In this document: in pieces, positions 25,701-38,164 of the stretch | Numbering within the stretch: the stretch's first letter is position 1 | How the letters are laid out: each line of letters starts with the position of its first letter | Assembly (NCBI RefSeq): GCF_000143415.4 | Contig: NW_003314275.1 | Coordinates: 498,759-562,758, forward strand | Direction: 5' to 3' | Length of the DNA stretch: 64,000 nucleotides | From: Selaginella moellendorffii | Taxonomy: Eukaryota; Plantae; Lycopodiophyta | The notes under the pieces: model-generated | Told to the model about the DNA's origin: nothing | Database searches by the model: none | What the model saw: the letters and a program-made list of their open reading frames with translations, nothing else | Program-made: the position numbers and the translations under genes

Positions 25701-27825
25701 TCTTCTACATCAACTCCAGACTCTATCCAACTCAATTGCCTTAGCCCCAAAAGTTAGCATCCCTTTCGGGCCACATCATACGAACTATCTACTAAGGTTT
25801 AAGTTAACCGAAGTCAACTCCAACCCCTTCACTAGTTTGTATTGGCTTATGAAAACGGAATGGTGATAACGGACAAAGTGATAACAGACCAGCCATTTGG
25901 AAAAGTCTAAGAAAATTTATGGAAATTTTTTTTTTTCCATCCTAGAGAAAGAATGGCTCTCAGTCCAGGAATGCAAACTTTCAAGACTCAACCAACTTCC
26001 TCCTACTTAACAACTTCACATAGGCTCACCTCAACATAAATTCTCATGACCCATAGTATGCTTAAGCCTCAAATATCTTTTTACCCATTCTTCCGTCATT
26101 CAACACCGATATCCGTAAAAATGCAAATGGAATATCCAAGGCTTAATCACGAAGACCACATCTTCGGATATCCATATCGCACTAACACTCTTCTTCAACC
26201 ACCTTCAAGATCCAATGTGAAGCTAAAACACTAACAAGAAAAATGACATGGAAAATCAAGCTCTAAGGAAAATTCCTCATAACTCGAAGTAACAATGCCA
26301 CTTCCACTAACACAAGTGCTAGCGATATTAATGCTTTAACTACACACCTTTTCCATCCAACAATCTACTCCAAGTGCTAACAGATAAACCAACAAGTTAT
26401 AGCAAGTGAATGTTATAACCCTTTCCAACACGTTATGGGCAAACTCTCAAGGAACAAGGAACAAGGAACCAACTTAAGCTTAGCATAATGGACCACCACT
26501 GAGAATCCAGTCAAAGCTACTACAATGCTACTACATGCAAGTAGATTAGCTTCTCCATCAACCACTTTGGGGTTGATCATCGTTTTCATCTCTACGTATG
26601 CAACGAGACTAGTTGCCCAATCTCATTGTATAGTACTCGCTGAGACTCATCCTCTGATACCAAATGTAGCGCACGTGGTTTTGACCCTTTATCCTATGGT
26701 GATTTACCATAGGATAACACCACGAAGCGAAACCTAAACCCTCTTTGTGCCACGTGATAGATGCCACGTGTCACATGCCACATGTCCATGCCACGTGTCC
26801 ATAGGAACCTGAGGTTCAGGGCCTTGGCCACTAAACGAAGGAACGGTGCCAAACTCCCAAGCATGAAGCCAAGGAGTGAGGGAACCGATCCACAGAGCAA
26901 CTCCTAAGCATAAAGCCCAAGGAGCGAAGGGACAGGAGCCCGGAGCGACTTGGAACAATCCTGGAGCAACTAGCATCCCAATGCCAGGACCAGCACGCAA
27001 AACGGAGCCAAACGGAGTCTGGCGCTATTTCGGCATACCGGTGGCCTAACGCGAGGATATGGGTACTCCACCAACTAGCATGGAATGGAACTTGGGTTTA
27101 GACCCAAGCCGGACGCAGAACAAGGACAGGCACGCAAGCGAGAGCTAGACTATGCCTCAGGTTGGTCGGCCATGCCCGACCTACCCACTATCCCTACTAT
27201 ACATTTGGAACCCCCCGCCCCCCCCCCCCCCCCCCCCCCCCCCCCTGAGGAACACACGCTTTAGGCTTTCACCCCAAGCCTCCCTTAGTATCAGGAGTTA
27301 GTCTCTGGGACAAGCTCGAAACTTACTAAATATGGAATGTCCTTAGATTGCGAATTTGGACATGGGACGAACACCATTGTGTTCAGGCCGATCTCTACAT
27401 TCCGTAGATATGCCAAATGAGCAAATCTGGACACTTTCCATAAATAGCATTTGGGACCGAAATGAGACTAACACAAAGGGCATGATAGCGAGGGTGTTTG
27501 GCAGACATGGTAAGCTATTATCTAGCAATATTGAGGGACCAATCTCAATATTGCGGGGGTTCCCAACACTAGCAAGTGCAAGCCAACATCATAAGTTTCT
27601 CATCACCGTGTCAAGTCTGCTTGACTAATGGCAACGTAGGATTTCCTGCCTTAGTGCCCTTCCGGTCTAAGTGCACATGTGATGACCAGTTTCTCAACTA
27701 ACTTAGGCGGAGACTAATAACGGGCCCAGCAATACCGACCTCCTGCCATCGTGGCAGTAAGGTAAGAGTGTCCGTAAGGACTAGCCGACAGGTAACTTTC
27801 GATACCTGAAGTCACATTCGCGACA
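22760..27825 (-). mobile_element. Non-autonomous LARD-like LTR element inserted in the integrase gene
   Basis: TSD GCATC (22755-22759/27826-27830); the empty site is visible in the paralog at ~35933. 5' LTR 26665-27825 (1161 bp), iMet PBS at 26651-26662 on the minus strand, truncated 3' LTR 22760-23547. No recognisable gag/pol. Confidence 0.93.
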
Positions 27826-28290
27826 GCATCCTCGAACAACAATGGAGTTGGGATTGCATTTGAGTAAGGATGTTCAAGATAAGCTTGATTCCGAGGCAAC
27901 TAATCTGACCACAGAACTTGATGAGATTCTAGTGGTGTGCAAACGGAATTTGCAAGCAGCGCGGAGAAGTTTGCCAATGAGCATCGCCAATTTTGGGAAT
28001 ATAAGGTGGGTGATCTCGTCTTTGTGCAAGTGATCTTTCTATCAAGTGAGCGACGGAACACCTTGGTGCCTTTACGGACAGGGAAGAGTGATAAACTCTC
28101 CCATCGATATGCTGGTCCATATGAAGTGTTGGAGCACATTGGTAAAGCAGCTTATAGGGTGCGGCTGCCAGCTAGGGTGAAAATTCATCCGGTATTTTAT
28201 GTCAGCCAGTTGAAAGGTGTACTATCTTGGAGTGACGGGCCCAATGCCTCCTTGATATATACGGTTGTGGACGATGGACCAGGAGCTTGA
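27826..28290 (+). pseudogene. Integrase C-terminus of the interrupted Ty3 element
   Basis: KLSHRYAGPYEV..IHPVFYVSQLK, nearly identical to the paralog at 35859-36407. Confidence 0.9.
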
Positions 28291-28689
28291 GCAGGGTTAC
28301 CTAGAAAGGGTGATCACCGGTACAACTTGTCCTTGGGACAAGGACTTTGTTGGGGGGGAAGAATTGTTAGGCGCCAGCTTTGACTACGTGGTCAATGTCG
28401 GTCAAAGGGAGGCTCAAGGGTATATTAAGGCATGTTAGGGTAAGGGACTTAACCTACCTAGTGGAGTGGCGGGTAGTGGAGCTTTTGAGGTAGCTCGGGG
28501 GTGGTTAGGTGGTGAGGAACCTCAAGAGGTGGCGTAGTATAGTTTAGGGCGACTGGATCTCTGTTTTTTTTTAGCCGGATCATAACACTCTCATCTCTAT
28601 GCTCTCTTCCCTTCAAGAGAGTTTCATTCTTTTGGGATAAGTGACAGAGAGTCAAGCTTGGAAAAGTTGGTTTGTGTGCAATTGCTAAG

Positions 28690-31636
28690 GCTACTCATGG
28701 CGAGGTAGATGAATCAGCTGAGGAGGTTATTGGTAGCGTTATAGGTGGATCTATTGCAGAGGCTACTGGGGGCATAGTAGCTGCTCCTACTACTCCTTAG
28801 GCTGGTGGTGCAGGGGGAGCTAGCGGTAGTGAGGGATTATACATGCATGATTCTGACACCATCTTGAATGATTGTGTTCGGGACACAATTATCCAAGCTC
28901 AAGAACGGACACGATGTAAAGTGTTACAGGAAATGGTATGGAATGGCCCTCATCGATTTCTAGTTCCTTTGTGCCGGTTGGTTCAAAGCCATTGGGTGCG
29001 CTCAGCTTATGACCTCAACATGGCTATCTACAGCTCCTTTGCCGAGGTCAGATTTAGAAGCACAACTGGTACCTTCATCGTTTCACCAACTTTCCCTGGA
29101 ACCAGCCAGACAAAGTTAGTGACTAGTGAACTTGAGGAAAAATGGGATCCTATATGGCTGCAAAAGTCTCGTAAGTTTGATGGATTCTTAAGACAACATA
29201 TGGAGACAACAGGGTTCATTAGAAAGCTCTTTTGGGTGATCGATGGAAACTATAAATGGCTGGCATTTTGGAAGTGCATTCAAGAGAAGTTTCGAGATGA
29301 TAAAGAATGACACATTAGTGTTCCAGTCACACATACTGTACAGCTCAACATGGCATGCCATAAGATCAACATGTAAGAATCTATTTTTTGTAAACTTAGC
29401 CAATATCGTGTTTTTGCAGGCTAAACCAATTTGTGTTTCAAGCTTATACATTGGTACATAACATTGAGCACCTTCAGTATATCAGCATGCTCTCGCTAGA
29501 GGAGGTCCAAACATTATACAATCGTGAGGTATTTGAACAATTCGAGTGAAGTGAGAAACTAGGAAAGGCCAAGAATTGCAGACTTGGTACTAGCTGCCAC
29601 TTGATTTTTTAATTGTTGTGTGGGCAAAGGTAAATTGGTATTGAAGTATGTATCAACTTACATAATGTTTCTTGCAGCCCATAATCAAAGGAGAAAGAGC
29701 CTCATTCTTTAAAAATGCTTGAGGGGACGAGTAGCAAAAGGAGATGGAGTGGCATGCGATTGAGCAGTGAAGTTTGAATACAAAGAGAACAAAGGTGGAA
29801 AAGTTGTTTTTGATTGCAAACATACGACGCAGGCAGGAATGGCTTGATAGCATTGCTAAGATTTGTTCTCGCGTTCGTAAGTTCTTATAAAATTTGTGAA
29901 ACATTTCATAACTCTTTGTATGTGTAGGAATTGGTAAAGCACCGGAGGAACTCATTTACAACATCTCCAAGAGTAAAATGTCCTTTGTTGAACAAAGCGT
30001 TTGCTTGGAACTTCTCAACACTTGGCTGCAAAACAATGAAAAATGCTGCGAGATAAGGATGGAGAAGGTGATGAAGGAGAAAGCATACATTTCTCAGAGT
30101 ATTGCTGCTAGTGAGGATGCTACAAGTTTGGGACGAGAAGTTTCTTTCTAGCACCTGCATAGGTATCACTCTTGAAGAATATATTTGTTTTTGTCTTACG
30201 GAGCTAGGGAATTGTTGGCTTCCACGTGGTGGGACGAGTTCAACTGAGTTCAAGAACCAACCAAGACAACCATTTCTTGCGAGGCGTATGGTTTATAGGT
30301 ATTTTCTCAATTCTCATTTATATATTGGTATTTATATTTTTGTTTTTCTTTGTAGATATTTAAAATATTGCCCCGGCGCACTAGTATACACAGCCGGTGT
30401 TTTGCAGAAGCTCTTGACTAGAAGCAAGAAGCTTGGGATGTATGAGCCAAAGTTCTATTATCCTTGTACACATAAGAGGGAGCTATGCCCATGGTACCTT
30501 GAACTCGTGGAGCAAATGCTGACATCGGGCTTCGAGCTAGATCTCTACCTTGAATGTCATCCAAGTTCACTTGAAACTTAGCACTTAGCTAAGATATATT
30601 AACCTTGAGTTATATTCTTATTTTCCTGAGGCTCTTTCTGACTGTGATAATGACGTTGTTGAAGTTCAACAACTAAACCTAGGAGTCCACAGTCAGGAAA
30701 CCATTCAGGAGATGCCAAATTCAAATACCGTCGAACCAGAAGAAACTGTACAAGAAATTCCAGCATAAGAGATTCTAGTACTTGCTCCTCGAGTCGTCAT
30801 GGGGGCCATTGTGAAGCCTTTCATGAGAGTAAGGACTTTGATTTGGAACATTCTTTTATTCATTCTTGATTTCACTTTTTTTTTTATAGATGTTGCAGAG
30901 AGCAACCATCAGTCTTTTCAGTGGACTAAGACATTCTTCCCATCCCTCCCTACGGCTACAGATGATGACCTGGAAGAGCTCTCCTTTGCAGCTATGCATA
31001 AACAAGCTAGTAAGCATGAATTTTATCTCCAACTTTTAGTTCTAATAATTGATTTTTAGGTTTGCCCTCTATGCCCAATAGCCAGTGTTGGGGAAGTTGC
31101 TGTTCTAATTGGGGATGACACACAGCTTTTAGATTTTACTACTCGGGAACTCTACATGCTTGATCAGTGGATCCATGGTCTGGGTCAACTCACACCTTAT
31201 GGGAAGATCGATTTCATCTTTTTCGATCTTCCTGATGGGATGCCACCATTGCAGGGGGATACTCCATCATGGAATGTGTTGCAAGCCCAAAACATTTCCC
31301 AAGCCTTAAAGGTTGCGAGCAGCTTCATAACATACAAGGGTGTGGTTGTCATGATCCTTCCCTGCTCTCTAATGTGGGAAGGCCTTTTTGCACACTTGGC
31401 TGACAACGATGATGGATTTGTCGATTTTCATCTAGCTGCCTTCTTTTGAGTATGGCAGTGGACACAAAAGACACTAGTGGGCAGAAGTAAAAGGTGTGTG
31501 ACTTTTTTATTTACAAATTAACTCTATTATATTTTCTTTTTCTAGGTTTATTCCTGGAACTACCATGCTTTATACCACATTGGGAACAAGCGTAATGCCA
31601 CACGAGCTGACGAGCATGCTGCTCTTGCTTTACTAG
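28690..31636 (+). pseudogene. ParB/Srx-like domain + beta-class DNA amino-methyltransferase gene, 5' part (multi-exon, degenerate)
   Basis: VPLCRLV...FWVIDGNYKWLAF (DGNHR-like). Introns at 29373-29419, 29630-29677, 29877-29927, 30299-30355, ~31010-31059 and 31494-31545. The MTase N-half reads VLIGDDTQLL...IDFIFFDLPDG...WN...ASSFITYKGVVVMI. Confidence 0.72.
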
Positions 31637-31817
31637 TGTTAGGGCGTAGCCACTGAGAGAGTGAGAGAGAGAGAGAGGGAATATTCTGGTCCTTAGAATA
31701 TTCCCTATCTTCTTTGTTTAAAACCCTTGTCCCACAAGGGCAAGGGGGGGCATTTTTGCAAAGAGCAGTGAATTTCTCGTGTTTGGGCGAGCATTGGGGG
31801 AGATGCCCCTCCTTCCC

Positions 31818-34800
31818 TATTAGGCGCCAGCTTTGACTACGTGGTCAACGTCGGTCAAAGGGAGGCTCAAGGGTATATTAAGGCATGTTAGGGTAAGGGA
31901 CTTAACCTACCCTAGGGCTCACAGTGGAGTGGCGGCGCAGTGGAGCTTTTGAGGTAGCTCGGGCGTGGTTGGGTGGTGAGGAACCTCAAGAGGTGGCATA
32001 GCATAGTCTAGGGCAACTAGATCTTTGTCTTTTTGCACCGGATCATAACATTGGTATCAGAGGATTGGTTGCGATGGCCGACCAAGCTGAATGCTGGAAT
32101 CCTATTGTCGATGGTGGTGCCGACGATGGTGCCGACGAAGCTGCGGAGATTTGGACCATTCAAGATGTGGTTCATGAGCTGCGAGCCCTTAATAAAAATT
32201 AGCAAGAGATGCAAGACGAGATGCATGGCATGATGGATACCATGCGTGGGTGTGTTAAGGCACTCGAGGCTGGACGGGGTAGCGCTTCAAGTAAGCCTTC
32301 TTTGGTAGATCAACTCAAGATTCCAACCTTTTCCGGTGATGGTGGTGTGGACGAGTGTCTCGCTTGGCTAGCCAATGTGAAGAAGTTCTTGGCTGCTAGA
32401 GGAACTCCAGATGTAGAGGCTTTAGTGGCTATTCCGATGGTTTTGCGTGATGTGGGTCTTCAATTTGAGGAGTCCCGTGTTGCGGATAAGAAACCACCAG
32501 TGTCTATCATGGATGAGTTTGAGGTTGCTTTTTGTTTACGTTTTGCCCCTCATTATGACGTGGAGAATGCTCGTATAGAACTTCGACATTTCCAGCAAGG
32601 GAAAATGACGCTCAGGGACTATATTGAGAAGCTTACTCACTTGATTAGTTGTATTCTAATGAAGGATCCAGATCAAAACAAGTCCTATTTCATTGATGGC
32701 CTACATAGTGAGAGCATGCGGCAACACTTGCGTCATTCTCAGCCTACAAAGAGTTTGGAGAAGCTCTTTGATGCAGCTCGTCGACTTGACAATGACAAGC
32801 ACAAGTCTTGCAAGCGTTCGCGGAGTTCTTCTATCGAGAATTGTTGTGATGATCACTGTGGACACAAGGATGGGAACAAGCATCACAAGTTGAAGTCGGT
32901 GGTGACTACTTCAGATGCAAAGGGGTCCAAGAAGCAGAAGTTCTTTGTGAAGAATTATAGACAGAGTTGTCATCATTGCGGCGAACTTGGACACTACAAG
33001 GCTGACTGTCGGCAGTTGAAGAATAAGGAACAGGACAAGAAGAATGGCCAATCTTCTTCTCACGGTAAGTCAGATACTAAAAAGTTGCAAGCTTTACAGC
33101 GTGAGGATGACGAGAACGACCATTCCGGTTGGAGGAAGAGACTTTCGATCGTTGCTCGTCAGCCCAACTGTGTGTGGAACAAGATGGAGCTCAAGGATAT
33201 GCGTGAATCAGCTTTAATGCTAGAGGGCGTGTTCCGTGGTGATCCAATGCGGATTTTACTAGATAGTGGGAGCGATGACAACTTTGTTTCGGCAAAGTTT
33301 GTTGCGGAGCATAGCCTGGTCACACGTGGAGTTCTTCCATACATAGTGGAAGGTGCAACTACCTCTACTCAGCATTTCGATGCTTGTATCGAGAGGCTGG
33401 AAGTGTTGGTTGGCAAAACCACACTTGTGGAGACTTTTTATCTCGCGGATATCCATCGTGTGGATCTCATTTTTGGGATGCCATGGTTGGTGAAGGTGGA
33501 TCCCGAGATAAAGTGGAGTATTAAACGTATCTCGCTGGAGTATGGTGGCATTAAAGATGTGTGGTTTGGCAAGGGTGTTCAACCACTAGTTGTTATGCTC
33601 TCTGCTACATCTTTGAAACAGGCTTGTCGTAATGGAAAACCACTTTCAAGTTACTCGCTATTTGTTCGTGATCTGGGGGACCAAGGCACGTGTGGGGGAG
33701 AAGCAGCAGTACGGGATGTACTTGATGAGTTTTCTGATGTTTTTCCATATGAACTTCCTCATGGATTGCCTCCATTACGAGGTGTGGAGCATGGGATTAC
33801 ATTGGAGCCGGGGACGCGGCCAATTTACCAACGTCCATTTCGGTTAAGCTATGTGGAGGAGCAAGAAGTTCAATGACAAGTCAAGGAGTTACTTGAGTTT
33901 GGATTTATTCAGCCAAGTAAGTCTCCGTTTGGTGCTCCGGTCTTGCTTGTGAAGAAGGATGGTTCAATGCGAATGTGTATTGACTACCGTGCTTTAAACA
34001 AGAAGACAGTGAAGAACAAGATGCCGATGCCACGTGTGGATGATATCTTGGACAAGCTTGGTGAAGCACGAGTGTTTACCAAGATTGATCTGAGGAGTGG
34101 ATATCATTAGATTGCAATAGATGATGCATCTATCTCCAAGATGACATTCAGCACAAGCTTCAGACATTTTGAGTTTACCGTTATGCCGTTTGGTTTGACG
34201 AATGCACCGGCCACATTTACTCGGTTGATGACGGAGGTATTTGGGCGTTATCTTCATGAGTTTGTGGAGATTTTCTTGGACGATATTCTTGTTTTTAGCA
34301 AAAATATGGAGGAGCATAGGATGCATTTGCGCAAGGTTCTTTTGTTACTCCGAGACAGCAAACTTTTTGCAAAGAAGAGCAAATGTGAATTTGCAAAGTC
34401 GAAGGTGGAATATCTAGGCCATATTGTGACATCTAAGGGTGTCAAGACGGATCCAAGGAAGGTGGCTGTGGTGGAAAACTGGCCTACACCGATTACAGTG
34501 GCCGAGTTGCGCAGTTTTCTTGGTATGGCTAGTTACTATCGACGTTTCCAGCATAAGTTTGCAGAGGTGGCTATTCCACGCGGTTGTTAGGCAAGAATGT
34601 GCCATTCGAGTGGAAGAAGCCGCAAGAGGAGAGTTTTGTGGCGCTGAAACGATTGTTGAGTGAAACTCCAGTGCTTCGCATTGCTGATCCATCGAAACCT
34701 TATGAGGTGACATGCGATGCGAGTGGTTATGCATTGGGAGGAGTTCTCATGCAAGAGGGACAGCCTATTGCATATGAGAGTCGAACTTTGAATTCCGCAG

Positions 34801-36714
34801 AGCAACGCTATTCCACATATGAGCAAGAGTTACTCTTTATTGTTCATGCTTTGCGGACATGGCGGCACTATCTTTATGGTGCAGTGTTCGTGGTGTTGAT
34901 AGATCACAAACCACTTGTGTATCTTTTCACACAGAAGGAGTTGAACATTAGGCAAGCTCATTGGATGGTCAAACTCATGGAGTTTGGGGAGTTTCCTATT
35001 GAGCATCGTTCGGGAAAATCAAATGTGGTGGCGGATGCTTTATCTCGTGTTTGTCATGTGACGACGTTACGAACACGATTTTGTCATCATTTGAGTAAGG
35101 TGGTCAGCAAGTTTGGGCAGTTGGTTGAGCATGCTCAGGCTCAGGATGCTGAGGTGGCCTCTTTGCGAGCCCAGATGGAAGCCCCTTTCTCATTAGTGGA
35201 TGGGATTCTCTACTACAATGGCCGTGTATATTTGCCACAGGTGGATGCGTTAATTACTCAAGTTTTATTCCACTATCATGATCGTCTAGATGCCGGTCAT
35301 TTTGGGGGGAAGAAGACGTATAAGTTGATTAAGCACAACTTTTATTGGAGGAATATGAAGGCTGATATCCTCAAGTATTGTAAATCATGCGAGCTTTGTC
35401 AACGGGTTAAGGTGCCACGGGAGAAGCCAGGGGGACTTTTGCAACCTTTACCTATTCCTTAGAGCCGTTGGTGTAGTATCTTTATGGACTTCATCACTTG
35501 TTTGCCACGAACACAGAGGCAAAAGGAGCAAGTATGGGTTATAGTTGATTGGTTGACGAAGTATGTTCGGTTGTTGGCTCTTCGGAAGACTATCACTGCC
35601 TCAAACTTGGGTGCGGTTTACTTGGAGAAGGTTTTTCCTGATTTTGGTTTGCCAGAGGACATCATTAGTGATCGAGACTCAAAGTTCACCAGTGGATTTT
35701 GGAAAAGCTTTGCAAAGGCTATGCAAGTGACTTTTAAACTCTCGAGTGGAGATCATCCTCAGACGGATGGGCAAACTAAGTGTGTGAATCAGGTGGTGGA
35801 GGATATGCTACGTTGTAGCATTGGTCAAAGGCAAGGATAGTGGGATTTATATCTTCCGTTGGTGCAATTTGCTTACAACAATAGCCAACACAGTGGAACC
35901 AAGCTAAGTCCTTACTTTGCCATGTTTGGAAGGCATCCTCGAACAGCGGTGGAGTTGGGATTGCATTTGAGTAAGGGCGTTCAAGATAAGCTTGATTCCG
36001 AGGCAATTGATCTGGCCACAGAACTTGATGAGATTCTGGTGGTGTGCAAACAGAATTTGCAAGCAGCTCAGGACAGAGCGGAGAAGTTTGCCAATGAGCA
36101 TCGCCAATTTTGGGAATATAAGGTGGGTGATCTCGTCTTTGTGCGAGTGATCTTTCTGTCAAGTGAGCGACGGAACACCTTGGTGCCTTTACGGACAGGG
36201 AAGAGTGATAAACTCTCCCATCGATATGCTGGTCCATATGAAGTGTTGGAGCGCATTGGTAAAGTGGCTTATCGAGTGCGGCTGCCAGCTGGGGTGAAAA
36301 TTCATCCGGTATTTTATGTCAGCCAGTTGAAAGGTGTACTATCTTGGAGTGACGGGCCCAATGCCTCCTTGATGTATACGGCTGTAGAAGATGGACCAGG
36401 AGCTTGAGCAGGATTCCCTAGAAAGGGTGATCACTGGTACAACTCGTCCTTGGGACAAGGACTTTGTTGGGGGGGAAGAATTGTTAGGTGCTAGCTTTGA
36501 CTACGTGGTCAACATCGGTCAAAGGGAGGCTCAAGGGTATATTAAGGCATGTTAGGGTAAAGGACTTAACCTACCCTAGGGCTCACAGTGGAGCGGCAGC
36601 GCAGTGGAGCTTTTGAGGTAGTTCGGGGGTGGTTGGGTGGTGAGGAACCTCAAGAGGTGGCGTAGCATAGTCTAGGGCAACTAGATATTTGTCTTTTTGC
36701 GCCGGATCATAACA
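31818..36714 (+). mobile_element. Ty3/gypsy chromovirus-type element (same family as 18731-28587) inserted in the Tat 5' LTR
   Basis: 233-bp LTRs 31818-32050 and 36482-36714, TSD TTCCC, iMet PBS at 32052, PPT GGGGGGGAAGAA. Confidence 0.97.
32074..36407 (+). pseudogene. gag-pol with a few stops and frameshifts
   Basis: ORFs 32209-33876 (gag, Zn knuckle, PR), 34141-34590 (RT), 34584-35462 (RH, IN-HHCC) and 35484-36407 (IN). Confidence 0.95.
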
Positions 36715-36727
36715 TTCCCCCAACAAA

Positions 36728-36744
36728 TGGTGAACCCGGCGTGA
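36728..36744 (+). promoter_or_regulatory. Primer-binding site, tRNA-Trp-like
   Basis: TGGTGAACCCGGCGTGA; one mismatch to the complement of the plant tRNA-Trp 3' end as recalled. Confidence 0.75.
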
Positions 36745-37489
36745 TGCGTAGCACTTTTTGGAAGCATCATTTCTCTCTTTTCTTTAGGCCACAGACTTTG
36801 GGAAGGAATTCCTTGTTCGTCTTGTGGTGGTTTTCTTTGATCTTGGGCGTGTTGGATAGGTCTGGAGCTCCTTTTTCTAGCAAGATATGGCGCTCATCAA
36901 GCCGTGCAATATTTGAAGAGATACAACTTTTCTTCGCTCGGTTGGATGAGCATTTTGGGGTTTTCACTTTCTCGCCTGGATCCTTGGCCGAATTTCTCAA
37001 GGTAGTGCATTTGAGCTTGTAGATCTGGCCTAGATCTATGAGTAGTGGTGGTTCTTGGCACTAGATTTGGGCGAATTGACAGCATGCAAAAGGATTTTCT
37101 TCTCCAGCTAGATTGGGTCATCTTTGTGGTAGGAATTCATGCTCCTCTGGGCTTGGTTTTGGATGCCGTTTGTTTTTAGAGGGGCTCTTGGTCTTAGGCT
37201 TTCCAGAAATACCAACGGCACCTTAGTATTGATCTACACCAGTGACATGCACATGTTTTTCCACAATGTTGACATTTTGGGCTACCTCTTCGTGGATTTC
37301 GAGGAATATTTAGGTGGCTTCTTCCCAAATTCTTGCGATAGAAGGTAGACAGGGCTGAGATCTTTCCAACAAGCCCACCAATAGTCAACATGGGGAAGGA
37401 TCAAGACTGAAGGACTCATTTTTCTCTTTTGGGTTAAACTTTGTTGGGGTTTCTTTGGGAACGAAGCAATCTTCAAGGAACAGGTAGCT

Positions 37490-37815
37490 ATAGGAACAGG
37501 AACAGGAAGAGCAAGAACAAGAGTTGGAGTAGGAACAAGGACAATAGGAGCAGGTGCTGGATAGGAGTTGGTGTTGGAGGAGGCGCAAGGGTAGGAGCGA
37601 GAGCAGAGGTTACCAGTTATAGGTTACAGGTCTCTAGTTACTGGTTACTGATTACCGGTTACCGGCTACTCCAGCAGCTGCTCCAGTGGCTACTCCAGCA
37701 GTTACTCCAATGGCTACTCTGGTGGCTACTCCAGCAGCTGCTCCAGCGGCTACTCTAGCGGCTGCTCTAGCAACTACTCCAGCAGCTACTCTAGCGGCTA
37801 TTTCGGCGGTTACCC
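37490..37815. repeat. 6-mer and 12-mer tandem repeats (GGAACA/GGAGCA; GCTACTCCAGCA) in the Tat 5' UTR
   Basis: Visible periodicity. Confidence 0.8.
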
Positions 37816-38164
37816 TACGGGTCAATGGTTACGTGTTCTTGAGGCCTACATCTACTTCCCTTTTGGCCCTTATTTCTCTTCATCATAGGCATTTTGGACA
37901 ACTTTGAGCAGCTTGGGCATAAGTCTGCAGTCTTCTTGCTCCTGTCCACCCAGTTGCCTTGACCAGGCATTTGCAGTGTTTAGGGTATTTGATGCCGATA
38001 CAAACTAGATGTATGACAAACTGGCACCCTTTTACCATACCTCGAGCCCCTAAGGTATGATGTAAACTTTTTAACATCCAAAGGTAGCTTAGGTACGACA
38101 TTGACCTTCTCGGGCCGAGTCCTCTTCATCCTCGGCAGATTCCAGTGACTTAAATCTACGAGCT

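Larger units (their letters stand above)
18731..28587 (+). mobile_element. Ty3/gypsy chromovirus-type element (decayed) containing a nested LARD-like element
   Basis: LTRs 18731-18963 and 28365-28587, TSD CTCTC, PBS TGGTATCAGAG at 18965, PPT GGGGGGGAAGAA. gag-PR-RT-RH-IN fragments. Confidence 0.95.

Noticed and set aside
37441-37907. Arg/Leu/Gln- and Ala/Pro-rich ORFs
   Set aside because: Products of tandem repeats in the Tat 5' UTR.
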